From Mobula hypostoma (lineage: Eukaryota), in contig NC_086097.1 of NCBI RefSeq assembly GCF_963921235.1, forward strand, positions 219,730,001-219,794,000: a stretch of DNA of 64,000 bases. Reading direction: 5' to 3'. Numbering within the stretch: the stretch's first letter is position 1; each line of letters starts with the position of its first letter. Made by a program: the position numbers and the translations under genes. A model generated the notes under the pieces. It ran no database searches. It saw nothing but the letters and a program-made list of their open reading frames with translations, and had not been told where the DNA came from. Positions 63,201 to 64,000 of the stretch are shown one piece after another.

Positions 63201-64000
63201 TCATGCAATTTACAGCAGGGCTAATGTACATTAATTCATATTAATAAATGTTAATTTCAGTATGTCTTATTAAACAATTAGTAACATTTGATCTAATGAG
63301 AAGCTTGAAATTAGCTTGAAAATTACAAGGGAATTTGCTGTGTTTTGCACAATTTGAGATCATGTTGAATCTCCCTATTGGAATTAATTGAGCCTATATT
63401 ATCAAAAATACCATTACCTAGAATGTATAATGCAGAAATATATATTTCTGTTCAATTGGTTTACGATTCAGCTCATGCACCACATAAGTCTTTTCCCAAT
63501 CTGTTTACCTCTTTCACATATTCCTTTTTATAGTTTATACACAATTGGCTTTGAACAATAATTGTTACTTTCAGGTTATCACCTTTTTAAGGAATATTTC
63601 ATGTGACTAATTAAATACTTTGTTTTGCTGTAACAGTGTGAAGAGAATTTACAGAGGCAATTTGTGGGAGCTTATAATAAACTATGCAGGCCTGCTTTGA
63701 TACCTTTTGTATCTCATATTTCAGTCTGTACACTTTTCTGTTACACTTTGGTGGTTAAATTGGTAAATTGCTTAATTGTTATCACATGTACTGAGGTACA
63801 GTAGAAAACTTGACTTGCAGTCTGTTCATTCAACAGTGTACAATTACATACTGTCAATTCATTACAACAGTGCGCTGAGGTCGTACGTGGAAAAACAACA
63901 GTGCAGAATGAAGTATTACAGTTACAGAGAAGGCATTGCAGGTAGAGAATAAGGTGCAAGATCATCACAAAAGTAGATTGAGGTCTATCTTATCATACTA

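Noticed and set aside
1..64000. CRISPR arrays, rRNA, bona fide tRNA genes, prokaryotic or viral systems
   Set aside because: None seen. The tRNA-like sequences are SINE heads, and the repeats are dispersed vertebrate TEs.

Overview
Eukaryotic, AT-rich, transposon-dense genomic DNA. The repeat families (HE1-like V-SINEs, abundant CR1, Rex/Babar and Penelope-like elements) point to a cartilaginous fish, probably a ray (inference). The only well-supported host protein gene is an intact, completely intronless 809-aa SPICE1 (spindle and centriole-associated protein 1) ORF at 28820-31249 (+). It starts in the window's only CpG island, and SPICE1 is multi-exon in mammals, so this looks like a functional retrogene. 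About 200 bp upstream, on the opposite strand, is a candidate head-to-head gene (first coding exon plus a phase-compatible 23-nt micro-exon), which suggests a shared bidirectional promoter. The rest is nested retroelements and DNA-transposon relics. Notable items: Penelope-like terminal repeats carrying minimal hammerhead ribozymes, including a perfect 100-bp-arm palindrome with a ribozyme on each strand and a 14-bp TSD; a 97-bp locally templated insertion; a fold-back Mariner-type MITE; an internally deleted Tigger/pogo element; a TIR element with an apparent 6-bp TSD; a CORE-SINE; and a 5'-inverted CR1. Almost all short ORFs in the track are TE fragments or noise. Repeat boundaries were read by eye and are approximate unless a TSD or TIR is quoted.
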